From Candidatus Bathyarchaeota archaeon (GTDB lineage Archaea > Thermoproteota > Bathyarchaeia > Bathyarchaeales > Bathycorpusculaceae), in contig CAVYES010000006.1 in NCBI GenBank assembly GCA_963767735.1, forward strand, positions 32,001 to 96,000: a stretch of 64,000 nt of DNA, read 5' to 3'. Position 1 is the stretch's first letter; every line of letters starts with the position of its first letter. This document shows positions 1 through 10,406 of the stretch, in pieces. Below the pieces are notes generated by a model. That model saw nothing but the letters and a program-made list of their open reading frames with translations. It was not told where the DNA came from and did not search any database. The translations under genes and the position numbers were made by a program.

Positions 1-110
1 ATCGAACTAGCATGAGCGCTTTACACTATGAGTATTGGAAAGCACTACACGAATTATAATTTTTCAGCGTTGAAAATGTTTTTCTGGCCCCTCTGATTGG
101 TTTTGCTGTT

Positions 111-1064
111 TCAACTTATTGTTGAGTAAATTTTTAGGAGCTTCTGAACGAGTACGGGCGCAGAATGATTGATGTTAACGTAGTTAAGTTGTTCCTCTAC
201 TCTGTTTTCCTTTTCATTTTGGTTGCTAAGGAGTCTCGAGATTATTTCTGCGGTTGCAACAGGGTTGCTTAGTTCTTCTAAGGGGCATGAAGCAAAGAAC
301 TTCTTTGGAACGGAGTGCACGACTGGGCGTCCGCATGCCATAGCTTCTATTGCTACGGTATCTAAATGTTCACGTCCAGCGGCGAAACTGCCCAAAACTA
401 GGTCACTTTCCCAGAACAGTTCATTGATTGAGCCATGGGGAACTTTGCTGATAAAATCGATGTTCAGCTTAAGCTCTTTTGCCAGTTGCTTTGTTTTATC
501 CAGGTCTTTTCCTGCATTAAAGGTCTTGATCTTTATCTTTTCTGGAACTAGTGATGCTGCCCGAAGCAATTTGTCTGTGCCTTTTATGCTAAAGTCGGGG
601 GCTGATGCCAGAAAAATGTGGTATTCCGGTCTTTTTTCGGGTAACGGTTTTGGGAAAAAGATTTCGGGGTCAAAAGGTATGGGGAAGTACTCTGCAGTTT
701 CGTTGTATTCTTTTGCAACGCTTAAAACAGTTGGCTGGGCTACAAGTATCTTATTGCAGCTTTTTAAATTATTTTTTACGATTCTGCCCCATTTTCTACT
801 TCGCAGTGTTTCGCGCAGGTCACTCCCATGCGCGTGGCCGACGAGAGGTTTCTTGCCCAAGAGTGAGGCAATATAGCAGTCCTGAAGGAGATAATGGACA
901 TGGTAGAGGTCACCCTTGGTCCGAAGAATTTTGTAGGCTATGCCGAAGGTTTTGCTCCAGAATCCTCTTGTTCTTTTGATGTGCTGCTTTTCGAGGTCTG
1001 TTGGGAAATACTTGAGCAAAGTTTCTCCTACATAGGCACAATCGTTAATCATGACGACTTTCAT
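111..1064 (-). CDS. Glycosyltransferase family 4 (GT-B)
   Basis: HAHGSDLR N-domain motif; C-terminal EHLDTVAIEAMACGRPVV GT4 motif; start placed at ATG 1064 (MKVVMIND). Confidence 0.85.
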   Translation of the reverse strand: MKVVMINDCAYVGETLLKYFPTDLEKQHIKRTRGFWSKTFGIAYKILRTKGDLYHVHYLLQDCYIASLLGKKPLVGHAHGSDLRETLRSRKWGRIVKNNLKSCNKILVAQPTVLSVAKEYNETAEYFPIPFDPEIFFPKPLPEKRPEYHIFLASAPDFSIKGTDKLLRAASLVPEKIKIKTFNAGKDLDKTKQLAKELKLNIDFISKVPHGSINELFWESDLVLGSFAAGREHLDTVAIEAMACGRPVVHSVPKKFFASCPLEELSNPVATAEIISRLLSNQNEKENRVEEQLNYVNINHSAPVLVQKLLKIYSTIS

Positions 1065-1197
1065 CGGCACATCCAAACCATGCTTGATCTCTTTAAGCAC
1101 TTGTTTCTTTTAATGGTAACGATTTTATCTTATAATTATAAATACATTCTGTGCGAAAGCAATATTCATTTTAAGTTCCAAACGTTGAAGGAGTATT

Positions 1198-2144
1198 ATG
1201 AACAAAGCTCGTAGAAGTGTTCTCGTTACCGGCGGAGCAGGTTTCATCGGTTCGCATCTGGTTCCACGACTTCTTGAATTAGGCCACTCAGTGACTGTGT
1301 TGGATAATTTATCCACTGGAAAGTTGGAGAACCTTGACGGAGTACTGAATCATCCTAAGTTTATGTTTCAGCGCGGAGACATACGAGACAAGACCATTCC
1401 AAACGAGGCTTTTGACGGCGTTGACTCTGTTATTCATCTTGCCGCCTTGATAGATATCTCAGCTTCCGTTTCGGATCCAATTCAAAATCACGAAGTTAAC
1501 GTAGATGGAACCTTTAATATGCTTCATGCAGCTGTCAAGCATAATGTAGAGAAGTTTGTTTTTGCTTCTTCGACAGCCGTTTATGGCGACGCGAAAACCC
1601 TGCCACTTCAAGAAAATATTGCTCTCCGCCCGATTTCGCCTTATGCAGCTTCAAAAAAGTTGTAGGCGAGGCATATTGCAGTGCATTTGCAAGTTGCTTT
1701 GGGCTTGAGACAACTGTATTGAGGTTTTTCAACATTTACGGTCCAAGAAGCGAAAACAGCCCATACAGCGGAGTCATCACCAAGTTTCTCCAAAAAATCG
1801 TTAAAGGCGAAGCCTTGACCATCGATGGCGACGGCGAGCAGGCTCGAGACTTCATACATGTAAGCGACGTAGTCAAAGTTGTAGCCTTGGCTTTGGAGCA
1901 GGAGGGATTGAAAGGCGAGATTTTTAATGTTTGCACGGGCGTGCCCACAAGCATTAATCAGCTTGCTTCCACTTTGAAGACGATTACTGGAAAAAAACCA
2001 AACGTTAAGCATGGACCTGCAAGGTTAGGCGACATACGAAGCAACTACGGCGATCCTACTAAGGCTGAACAGGCATTGAGTTTTAGAGCTACTGTCGATT
2101 TAACAAAGGGGTTACAAATATTATTTAAAGAATTTCAAAAATAG
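1198..2144 (+). pseudogene. NAD-dependent epimerase/dehydratase (UDP-glucose 4-epimerase-like), frameshifted
   Basis: VTGGAGFIGSHL, YAASK, RFFNIYGP, ARDFIHV motifs split over two frames; shift at the A6 run 1653-1658, frame resumes as VVGEAYCSAF; may be a sequencing error. Confidence 0.8.
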
Positions 2145-2285
2145 CATTCTGTTTTTTCACCGCAACAAATTGCTTAAGTAAAAGGCGACGCTGAATGAAC
2201 TAAGGCTACGGTTTTATTTTTCAAAAGATAACGGATTTGGGCTTGCAGCCATTTTTTTTTAACTAAATTAGCTTAAACTTTCGTT

Positions 2286-3146
2286 TCATTGACTTCTATT
2301 CTGCCAGCTTGCTCCGCGTATATATCCTAAAAGCCAACACAATCTGATAATTGGATAACAAAACATCAGTCTAGGATCACGCATTTTCAAAGACATTTTT
2401 AAACTTGAAAATGGAGATTTCAGAAATTTTAGAAGAAGACTGCTCAAATTTTCTTTTGTATAGATGCTGCGGAATTTTTTAAGACGACTGTAAATCTCTG
2501 GTAAACTTTTTCCATAAAAATAATAATGTTTAAACTCGTTTAAAAGACCGCCATAATGCAAATGTAAACTTTTAACATCGTAATCTACAAGCCATTTGTA
2601 CCCTTTTGACTCAAGCAAATGAGAAACAAATGTGTCGATACCCGCAAAATTAACTTTTGGAAATCCTCCAATAGTCCTTAAAGCCTCTGTACTCCAAATT
2701 GTGTTGTCTAATGTTTTTCCAAAACCACCGTAAAAATCAACATCTTTTCTAGTTGACTGGTATAGTTCGACGCTGAAACAAAAATCGTTTCTGGGCAGAA
2801 ACCGAAGTCCGCAAGCTGCGCCAACACCTTCTTTATTTATGATTAAAGCAGAAACCCTGCGCCACCAATCAGGTGATAAAATGACGTCTTGTTCAAAGCT
2901 GCAAAAATAACTAGTTTGGACATATTTTAGGGCGGTGTTTGCGCCGTCACTTATCCCTTTGCCCTCATTCTTAATAACATTCCACCCATACTTTTTTGCA
3001 ATATCGACGGTGCTGTCTTTACTGCCATCATCAACAATAAACTTTTGATTAACAACCTTTTCTGGGATAACTTTATTGATGCGGCTGAGGACGATCGGCA
3101 GCGTTTTTTCGCCATTTAAAGTCCACATGACCAAATCAACTTTCAA
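2286..3146 (-). CDS. Glycosyltransferase family 2
   Basis: IVDDGSKDSTVDIA, GISDGAN GT-A motifs; DxD-like EQD. Confidence 0.85.
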   Translation of the reverse strand: MKVDLVMWTLNGEKTLPIVLSRINKVIPEKVVNQKFIVDDGSKDSTVDIAKKYGWNVIKNEGKGISDGANTALKYVQTSYFCSFEQDVILSPDWWRRVSALIINKEGVGAACGLRFLPRNDFCFSVELYQSTRKDVDFYGGFGKTLDNTIWSTEALRTIGGFPKVNFAGIDTFVSHLLESKGYKWLVDYDVKSLHLHYGGLLNEFKHYYFYGKSLPEIYSRLKKFRSIYTKENLSSLLLKFLKSPFSSLKMSLKMRDPRLMFCYPIIRLCWLLGYIRGASWQNRSQ

Positions 3147-3348
3147 TCCTTATCCCTCACAATGTTGTCACAGAAAAATCTGAGATGTGAGTTTATTAAT
3201 CTTCTTCCGACAGCGTCTTTCCTCGTTCTCTCAAATTCGTAAGCTGCTGATTATTTGTAAATGTAAGCTTATAAGTAAAACCTCATTTAGGGTTAGCTAA
3301 AATAACGTCAGCAAATAATCCGATAAATTAAGAGAAAGGCGTAGGAAC

Positions 3349-4482
3349 TTGGCGAAATTCCTTGTAGTTCACCCATACTTAGACGTTTACGGCGGAAGTG
3401 AAAGAGTATGCCACAACGTAATCAAAACCCTAGTTGCACATGGACAAGAAGTAGAATTGTTAACTTTCGATTTTGACGCTGACAGGTATATGGATATAGT
3501 AGGACAAAATCTTCCCAAAGAGGTCACTGTTGATTCGTTAGGAAAAAGAATAGAGGTTGAACCGCCCTTCATCATTTACAAAAGGCATCGTAACTATGTA
3601 AAGTTACTAAAAAAATATAGAGACCGCTTGAAATACGATTACTTGTTTTCCACACAATCCTCCTCCCCGTTCGAACCCGTTTTCTTGAATAAAGCCAAAA
3701 AGAACATTGCTTACGTACACTTCCCAGAAATACACTTCAACTATGACCAATCTCAGCTGAAGAGGAAAGTTTACTTGTGGCTGTTCAAGAAATGGGTTGA
3801 ACAAGGGATAAATAAACTGGATATGGTTTTCTGTAACAGCAACTATACCCGAGAAATGATTGAACGTTACTGGAAACCTTACGGTGTAAAAGATCCAATT
3901 GTTGTTTACCCACCTGTAAACTTGGATAATTTTTGGTGCGATAAGCCACTATCGGAAAGAAGTAAAAGAGTACTCTATGTCGCTCGTTTTATCCCAGTGA
4001 AAAGACATGAAATAATGAAGAAGTTAGCAGCTGATTTGCCATCATACGAGTTTGTAAGCGTTGGCGGATTAATGGACGCAGAAAAAAACTGGTTTAACAA
4101 ATTCTCTGAAAACCTTCCTCAAAATTATACTTTGAAAACCAATTTGCCAGAGGCAGACTTGCTTGAAATTATGCATGATTCAAGGGTTTATGTGCACTTA
4201 ATGGAAGGAGAACACTTCGGGATAGCTCCGGTTGAAGGTTTGGCAAGTGGATGTGTCACTCTGGTTCATAACAGTGGAGGAATGAAAGAGTTTATCCCCG
4301 AAGAATTCAGGTGGGAAAACTATGCTGACTTGAAAGAAAAAATCGTCAAATACATAGAACCTACACAGGAAAGTGCAGATTGGGAGAAGAAGCGCAAAGA
4401 ATTGTGGAGTAAAATTTCAGCATTAAATATCGAAGCGTTTCAAAATGACATTTGGTTTCATGTGCAAACATTAATCAGTTAA
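3349..4482 (+). CDS. Glycosyltransferase family 4 (ALG11-like)
   Basis: GGSERV, AYVHFP, CNSNYT, VVYPPV, EHFGIAPVEGLASG motifs. Confidence 0.88.
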   Translation: MAKFLVVHPYLDVYGGSERVCHNVIKTLVAHGQEVELLTFDFDADRYMDIVGQNLPKEVTVDSLGKRIEVEPPFIIYKRHRNYVKLLKKYRDRLKYDYLFSTQSSSPFEPVFLNKAKKNIAYVHFPEIHFNYDQSQLKRKVYLWLFKKWVEQGINKLDMVFCNSNYTREMIERYWKPYGVKDPIVVYPPVNLDNFWCDKPLSERSKRVLYVARFIPVKRHEIMKKLAADLPSYEFVSVGGLMDAEKNWFNKFSENLPQNYTLKTNLPEADLLEIMHDSRVYVHLMEGEHFGIAPVEGLASGCVTLVHNSGGMKEFIPEEFRWENYADLKEKIVKYIEPTQESADWEKKRKELWSKISALNIEAFQNDIWFHVQTLIS

Positions 4483-4495
4483 AATCATCATGTTG

Positions 4496-5605
4496 TCATG
4501 GTTCTTCGCATGGGTAAGGGATATTTCCTATCGACCAGGGATTAATGGGTTTGTTGTGACTATGAATAAATTGCCGTGCAATTGTTCCCATAGCGTCATA
4601 AAGACGGAAATACAGTTTTATCGGGGCAGTAGGTAGCTTGGCGATTGTATAGGCTAAGGTGGGGGAATAACCCGAATATTTAGTTAAATCTTCTCTCAAA
4701 TTATCAAAAACTTCAGCGTTGTAAACGCCCTCGCTTCGCAGAGCCACCAACGAAAGTGACCGTCTCATATTCATTATGTTAAATTTATTTACAAACACAG
4801 CATTTGCAAGATATGCAATGACCCGCTCCTTATCCGCGGCAAGATAAACATCTGGCAGAGAACGAATAACTTTCTTCAAATCCACCCAAATCTGAAAGCA
4901 CCTTGGTATCCACTTGCTCTTTCCCGAATCGGTTGCACAAGGCTCCGCTAGGAAAAAAACATTCAAATTCTTTTTATTAGCGATATACTCAAGACTCAGA
5001 CCAAGAATCGTCCAATCAGTATTTGCGTATTTTGGCAAAAACTTCGATTTCCATGCTTCTGCTGGAAGAATTTCAAATCCCAATCCCGACAAGTTGCGAC
5101 TTAGTTCCAAGAATACCCTTCGGGCGGAAGTGTAAATTTGGGTCTTAGGAACCTTGAAAACCGGATTTAAATCGTTTAGAACTACCATGTCCCAGTTAGC
5201 TTCTTCAAGAATCTTGTAGATCTTGTCCAGCATCCCGGGTAGGAGAATGCGTCTGGCACCGATTACCCAAACGAATTTTGAAGAAGCCATACGTGCGGCA
5301 TTGATCATATTTTGGTCGATGCCCAAATTCTCCTTGTTTGACTTAAAGAACAAAAGAGGATAATTTTTTTGGAAGGATTCCAAAACCTCTATTGTATGAT
5401 CAGTTGATGCATTGTCGGAAACGTAAATCGGAATGCTGTATTGTCGAGCTTGAGGAATCATGGCTTCCAAGCTTTTTCTTAATGGTTCCGCATGATTGTA
5501 TGTTGGTGTGCACACAGAAAGTAAATCGTTTTTTTGAGGCGTCACTATTTTGCTTCTGTTAAATTGACTATCAACTGTAGCGTAAGTTTTTCCTTTAGTT
5601 TCCAT
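4496..5605 (-). CDS. Glycosyltransferase family 2 (RfbV-like)
   Basis: VCTPTYN, VSDNASTDHT, NLGIDQNM. Confidence 0.8.
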   Translation of the reverse strand: METKGKTYATVDSQFNRSKIVTPQKNDLLSVCTPTYNHAEPLRKSLEAMIPQARQYSIPIYVSDNASTDHTIEVLESFQKNYPLLFFKSNKENLGIDQNMINAARMASSKFVWVIGARRILLPGMLDKIYKILEEANWDMVVLNDLNPVFKVPKTQIYTSARRVFLELSRNLSGLGFEILPAEAWKSKFLPKYANTDWTILGLSLEYIANKKNLNVFFLAEPCATDSGKSKWIPRCFQIWVDLKKVIRSLPDVYLAADKERVIAYLANAVFVNKFNIMNMRRSLSLVALRSEGVYNAEVFDNLREDLTKYSGYSPTLAYTIAKLPTAPIKLYFRLYDAMGTIARQFIHSHNKPINPWSIGNIPYPCEEP

Positions 5606-5659
5606 ATGGCACTTTTAAGAGTTTAGTTTTCGCTAATATAAGGTTTTACTCAGAATCCT

Positions 5660-6634
5660 CTATAGACGTACGAGCTCCTTATTTTTTGAATATGCGATTG
5701 TTTTGTCTAATCCTTCGCTTAGATTGTACTTTGGCGACCAATTGAGTTCTTTCTTAATTTTAGCGGCGTCAAGTACAAGGTACGGTTGGTCAGACGATAA
5801 GGGTCTTAGCGGATAGCCTGGAGGATAAGAACCGAACTTTACCTTCTTAATGTCGTATCCTACCTTCTTAGCTATCAGTTCAGCCAATTGCCTATTTGTA
5901 ACGCCCTTTCCAGTGCCCGCATTGTAAACCTGTCCGTCTGCCTTTGGGTTCTTGGCGACAAGCACATAAGCATTCACGTGGTCGTCCACATACATATAAT
6001 CCCTCACCGAGTCAGGAGCGCCAATATACAGGCTCTCACCCTTCAGCATTTGAGTAATGAGGTATTCAACCATGAAATTCTTCTCAAATTTCCTGCCATA
6101 CGAGTTAGTTGGCCTCAACACGGTGCCGTGCAGATTGAATGAGTTGAACATCATCTGTACGTACAAGTCGCCTGCAGCCTTGGTTACAGCGTATGGGCTC
6201 GACGGCTTCAGAGAAAGCGTCTCTTTTAACGGTTCATTACCCTGAATACCATACACCTCGGCGGTCGAGGCCGCAATCAACTTCCGTTTTTGCGCATCAG
6301 GCAGTTCTAATAGCGCGTGAGCTACGTTCATTGTGCCCGTGAAATTCGCCTGTTGATATTCAAATGGGCGCTCAAAAGAATCGCGAACTGGACTTAGGGC
6401 AGCTAAGTGAAAAACAACGTCTGGGTTAGCAATTTTTAGGGCGTTACGGGTGGAAGCATAGTCTGTAATGTCTCCCGACACTAATGTTACGTCCTTGACT
6501 GTTTCGCCGAGAACATCAAAATTTCTGCTTGCTACGCGGCGGACAAGACCGTAAACCTCGTTTCCGTTGCTTACAAGTTTCTCTGCCAGATTGCTTCCTA
6601 TAAAACCCAGAATTCCTGTGATGAGAGCTTTCAT
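5660..6634 (-). CDS. NDP-sugar 4,6-dehydratase (GDP-mannose/dTDP-glucose type)
   Basis: ITGILGFIGS, HLAALSPVRDSF, STAEVYG, PSSPYAVTK, RDYMYVDD. Confidence 0.88.
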   Translation of the reverse strand: MKALITGILGFIGSNLAEKLVSNGNEVYGLVRRVASRNFDVLGETVKDVTLVSGDITDYASTRNALKIANPDVVFHLAALSPVRDSFERPFEYQQANFTGTMNVAHALLELPDAQKRKLIAASTAEVYGIQGNEPLKETLSLKPSSPYAVTKAAGDLYVQMMFNSFNLHGTVLRPTNSYGRKFEKNFMVEYLITQMLKGESLYIGAPDSVRDYMYVDDHVNAYVLVAKNPKADGQVYNAGTGKGVTNRQLAELIAKKVGYDIKKVKFGSYPPGYPLRPLSSDQPYLVLDAAKIKKELNWSPKYNLSEGLDKTIAYSKNKELVRL

Positions 6635-7347
6635 TTTTTACATCCTCGTATTGATTCAAACTCTTTTTCCGCGATAGATAAGTCTTTAACGCTATTAATG
6701 GTTAGCCATCTTTCACCTTTGCCAAGTCGGTATGCTTTAAGAAGTCGTTTTTCTGCGAGCGCGGGAAACGCAGTTTTCTCGATGGAGCCTATCGTGGGCA
6801 GGTAGTCGCATATGGCGTGATTGAAAACGTAGATACCTGTGTTTATGAGTTTGTCTTCAAGTAAGGGTTTTTCTTTGAATTCTACGATGTCGTTCCCGTT
6901 GAGCTCAAGCACAGCGAAGGGTGACCGCATGGGCGAGACGGCTATTGTTGCTATGCCTTTTTGTGCGAAGTGGAAATCGACGAATTTTTCGAGATTCATG
7001 TTTGTCAGTTCGTCGCCGTTCATCGCGAGGAAGTTCTCGTCATTTACATGTCTTTTAATGGCAAGTCGAAAGCCTTCTCCTGTCTCACCTTCCTGTGTAT
7101 GCTCGCTGAAATCCACTTTGATTCCCAGATGGTTTTCTTTAACGTAGTTGATTACTGCTTCTTTTCGGTGAGATACGCCAAGAACCACGTGGTCAAAGCC
7201 TTGGTCTCGAAGCCAAGTAAGCGTCCAATACAGGAGAGGTTTTCCCCGCAAGGGTATCATGCATTTGGGCAGGTCTTCCGTAAGAGGGCGCATGCGCAAC
7301 CCCGACCCACCGACAAGCACTACTGAGGTTCGAATTTTCAGCGCCAT
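6631..7347 (-). CDS. Sugar-phosphate nucleotidyltransferase
   Basis: LVGGSGLRMRPLTEDLPKCMIP, NGD, EFKEKP, INTGIYVF; overlaps the dehydratase start. Confidence 0.88.
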   Translation of the reverse strand: MALKIRTSVVLVGGSGLRMRPLTEDLPKCMIPLRGKPLLYWTLTWLRDQGFDHVVLGVSHRKEAVINYVKENHLGIKVDFSEHTQEGETGEGFRLAIKRHVNDENFLAMNGDELTNMNLEKFVDFHFAQKGIATIAVSPMRSPFAVLELNGNDIVEFKEKPLLEDKLINTGIYVFNHAICDYLPTIGSIEKTAFPALAEKRLLKAYRLGKGERWLTINSVKDLSIAEKEFESIRGCKK

Positions 7348-7559
7348 TTTAGGTCACTTTTATAGAGTTTACTGATTATTGGAGCCTGCATATATAACGC
7401 TTTAAGTCTTAAAGTCTCCTGCCATCGAATCGCTCCAGTTCTCAACAATCTCGTCTCCGTTTTTGCTCAGATACCCAAAATGAATAACGTGATAGGTGCT
7501 AGATGCTTTCTGCTTCTTAATGGCAGAGGGTTTATAACTAAAATAGCATTTTCCCTTAG

Positions 7560-8213
7560 TTGGCAAATGAAGAAGCAATGATAAAGCTAAGAATCGACGT
7601 AGATTACCCTTACCCGTCTAGGAATAAAAGTTATTTATACATAGCCTTGGGAATCAAAAAAAGAAAAAGCAAAGATTATCTGAAAAACGCTCAAATCATC
7701 GCTAAAATGATTAATGAATCGCCAAAAGAAGTTATGGCTTACTGGTTCTTTACACCCTGCACAATACCTGATAAAAAACTGCTCGACTTATTAAACCCCG
7801 ACAAACATGAGGTAGCTCTGCACATTGCAACAAACCCTTACCAAGAATGGAAAATCTTAGAAAATGAAACCAACCGGACTGTAAAGTACTATACCATTCA
7901 TGGAACTCAGCGGTTAATTGCCCAGTTGTTGTGGGGACGAAAAATTGGACAAAAAGAAGCTAATGTTCCTAGCGATTTCCCGTTAAAACCCTTCGATGAT
8001 CTCAAGGTTTTTCCTACCATTAGTTTAGATCGTGTACGTTATTCTCATAGTTTAAATGAAACTGTAAAAGAAGCTGAAGAAGCGATTAATCAAAATCGTG
8101 TGTTAGCTGTTCATCCTGACTGGCTCTTTAGAAAAAAAGGTCGAGGAAAAAACCATAGGGCAGCATTTTATGATGTCTTAAAAATTATTTTGGATGTCGA
8201 TAAGGATGCTTGA
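7560..8213 (+). CDS. Hypothetical protein, polysaccharide deacetylase-like fold
   Basis: LRIDVD near N-terminus, HEVALH, TIHG, AVHPDW pattern typical of NodB/CE4-like barrels; possibly fused to next ORF. Confidence 0.55.
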   Translation: MANEEAMIKLRIDVDYPYPSRNKSYLYIALGIKKRKSKDYLKNAQIIAKMINESPKEVMAYWFFTPCTIPDKKLLDLLNPDKHEVALHIATNPYQEWKILENETNRTVKYYTIHGTQRLIAQLLWGRKIGQKEANVPSDFPLKPFDDLKVFPTISLDRVRYSHSLNETVKEAEEAINQNRVLAVHPDWLFRKKGRGKNHRAAFYDVLKIILDVDKDA

Positions 8214-9069
8214 AAAGTTAAGGATAAAAAAGAAAGCTTTCTTCAGGATAGCCTTCGACATTCAAGAGTACGAAAAAAACATTATTCCCGACAAGGGATT
8301 CACTGAGAAGCTAAGAGAAAAAAACGTGGATATTTTTACTTTTCTTGATAGAAAATGGTGCTGCCCAATTCCTAATCCGCCAAGCACCTGGATAAAAAGC
8401 GAAGATAACGTTGGCTTGCTTGAAATGAAAGACTATGACAGCTGGTGGAGCAGTGTTGGAAATAAAACTCGCAACATGGTCAGGCGGGCAGAGAAAAATG
8501 GCGTAAAAGTCGATGTTGTCCAGCCAACAGAGAAATTTACTGAAGGCGTTTGGAAAATTTACAATGAAACCCCCATAAGGCAAGAACGAGCTTTCCCACA
8601 CTACGGTGAAACGCTAGATACAGTTGCTCGGAACATTTCAGCAGCCCAAAACTCCACGTTTATCGGCGCATTTTTGCAAGAAGAACTTGTCGGATTCATC
8701 CAAATTATCCACGGTGACAGCATATCCGTGATTTCCCAGATTCTTTCGATGCAGAAACATTGGGATAAAGCAGTGAACAACGCGCTTCTTGCTAAAGCGG
8801 TTGAAGTCTGCGCCTCCAATGGCGAGAGGTGGCTTATGTATGGGCGAATAGGAAACCACCCGTCACTTGACAAATTTAAAGAAAGCAACGGATTTGTCAA
8901 GTTCCCGATAACACGTTACTACGTGCCCCTGACATGGAGAGGCAGAGTTGCTACACGACTGGGGTTACATCGGGATTTTAAGGATGCCTTGCCGCGGTGG
9001 CTTAAGGATCCGCTTATTCCAGTTTTGAACTGGGCAAGCAGAAATAAGATGCGGTTGAAACTGCATTAA
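8194..9069 (+). CDS. GNAT/FemAB-like acyltransferase
   Basis: KTRNMVRRAEKNGVKV and SLDKFKESNGF are FemAB-like GNAT signatures. Confidence 0.65.
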   Translation: MSIRMLEKLRIKKKAFFRIAFDIQEYEKNIIPDKGFTEKLREKNVDIFTFLDRKWCCPIPNPPSTWIKSEDNVGLLEMKDYDSWWSSVGNKTRNMVRRAEKNGVKVDVVQPTEKFTEGVWKIYNETPIRQERAFPHYGETLDTVARNISAAQNSTFIGAFLQEELVGFIQIIHGDSISVISQILSMQKHWDKAVNNALLAKAVEVCASNGERWLMYGRIGNHPSLDKFKESNGFVKFPITRYYVPLTWRGRVATRLGLHRDFKDALPRWLKDPLIPVLNWASRNKMRLKLH

Positions 9070-9154
9070 GCAAAATAAGATAAAGACGCCCAGTAGCCAT
9101 AACTTATAATTATTAAGTCTCTGAATTAATCTACAAAACGGAAAAGTACTCTGC

Positions 9155-10348
9155 ATGCGTGACGAACATCCCGTAGAGTTTAACGTGCTTGATGTTGGTT
9201 CGGGAAATCAGCCGAGAGGCGACGTAAATGTAGACCTCTTCCACGGTTCTTCATCTCAGAAAAAAAGAGCCAATAACTTTGTCATCGCCGACGCCGAGTT
9301 TCTGCCCTTTAAGGATGAAGCGTTTGACGTTGCATTTTCCGCTTTCACCATCGAGCAGGTTAAAGAGCCTTTTCTTATGCTGAAAGAAATGTGCCGCGTT
9401 ACCAAAAGAAAAACAATAGTGCGGTACGCATACAAGTTGGGCAGTGGAGCAAGAGCGCCTAATCATATCCAGCTTTTTGATGAAAAATGGTTCCAGAACG
9501 CAGCTACAACACTTGGTTTTGAAAGCGTCCAGTTTACCAATAGTAGCGATTATCCAATTAGTGTAAAGGTCCTGAAAATTTTTCCAAAAAAAACTCAGAT
9601 TCGGGCTTGGGGAATTTTTCGGCGTTTTGAAAGATGGTCTAGAAAAATACGAAAAGTTCAGGTTGAGATGGAAGTTTGGATTAAGAAAAGTAAACCCCGC
9701 TTTGATTCCGCTGAGATGAAATTCGTTGTGGTTTACAACATTCCAGAGGCTTTTAGGCAATACTTTTCTTCAAGCCCCTTTGTTTCTGCCGACAAAGTGA
9801 TCGCGTACCACAACGTGAAGAATGAGCCTCTTCCGAAGTTTTACAACGAGACTGTTCGAAAGTATCTGTCAGAGGAAACATGGTTTATTTTCTGCCACCA
9901 AGACTTTGTTTTGCGAGAAGACCTGAAGTTACTTTTAAAAGAGAAAGACACTGAAGCAGTCTACGGTCCAATAGGTGTGCGTCTTGCAGCAGAACCTTTC
10001 ATGGGGCAGATAATTCAAGCTAACAATGAACCTATCGGTACCCCACTAAGCGATGACACCGTTGTCCAAACGCTTGATGCGCAATGTCTAATTGCCCACG
10101 CATCAGTTTTCAGGCAGGGGCTGTGGTTTGATGAGCGATTTCCCTTTCACTTCTATGACGCCGATTTTTGCATGAGCGCATACACCAGGGGCTTCGACGT
10201 TTTGGCCACGCAAATAAATTGTCAACATAAAAGCAGAACCTTAACTGGGGACGTCAACTCGCCCAACTACCTTGCGTCGTTGTCTGATTTCAAAAAGAAA
10301 TGGAAACGTTTCCTGCCCATAAAAACATCGACAACAACCGTGACGTAA
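9155..10348 (+). CDS. SAM-dependent methyltransferase / GT-A glycosyltransferase fusion
   Basis: N-terminal VLDVGSG...ADAEFLPFKDEAFDV; C-terminal FCHQD, VQTLD, FDERFPFHFYDADFC. Confidence 0.72.
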   Translation: MRDEHPVEFNVLDVGSGNQPRGDVNVDLFHGSSSQKKRANNFVIADAEFLPFKDEAFDVAFSAFTIEQVKEPFLMLKEMCRVTKRKTIVRYAYKLGSGARAPNHIQLFDEKWFQNAATTLGFESVQFTNSSDYPISVKVLKIFPKKTQIRAWGIFRRFERWSRKIRKVQVEMEVWIKKSKPRFDSAEMKFVVVYNIPEAFRQYFSSSPFVSADKVIAYHNVKNEPLPKFYNETVRKYLSEETWFIFCHQDFVLREDLKLLLKEKDTEAVYGPIGVRLAAEPFMGQIIQANNEPIGTPLSDDTVVQTLDAQCLIAHASVFRQGLWFDERFPFHFYDADFCMSAYTRGFDVLATQINCQHKSRTLTGDVNSPNYLASLSDFKKKWKRFLPIKTSTTTVT

Positions 10349-10406
10349 AATCTGACCCTAAAGTTTAGCGTCGGCTTCTTATAAAACTCAGAAGTGTAAG
10401 CTAATT

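Noticed and set aside
1-59. Possible 3' end of an upstream plus-strand gene
   Set aside because: Too little sequence to identify
223-876. 217-aa plus-strand ORF
   Set aside because: Antisense shadow of the GT4 gene with no motifs; the same applies to the many other antisense ORFs in the track
7402-7566. 54-codon minus-strand frame ending YHVIHFGYLSKNGDEIVENWSDSMAGDFKT
   Set aside because: Weak TTG start overlapping the divergent gene and its promoter; no family recognised; at most a relic
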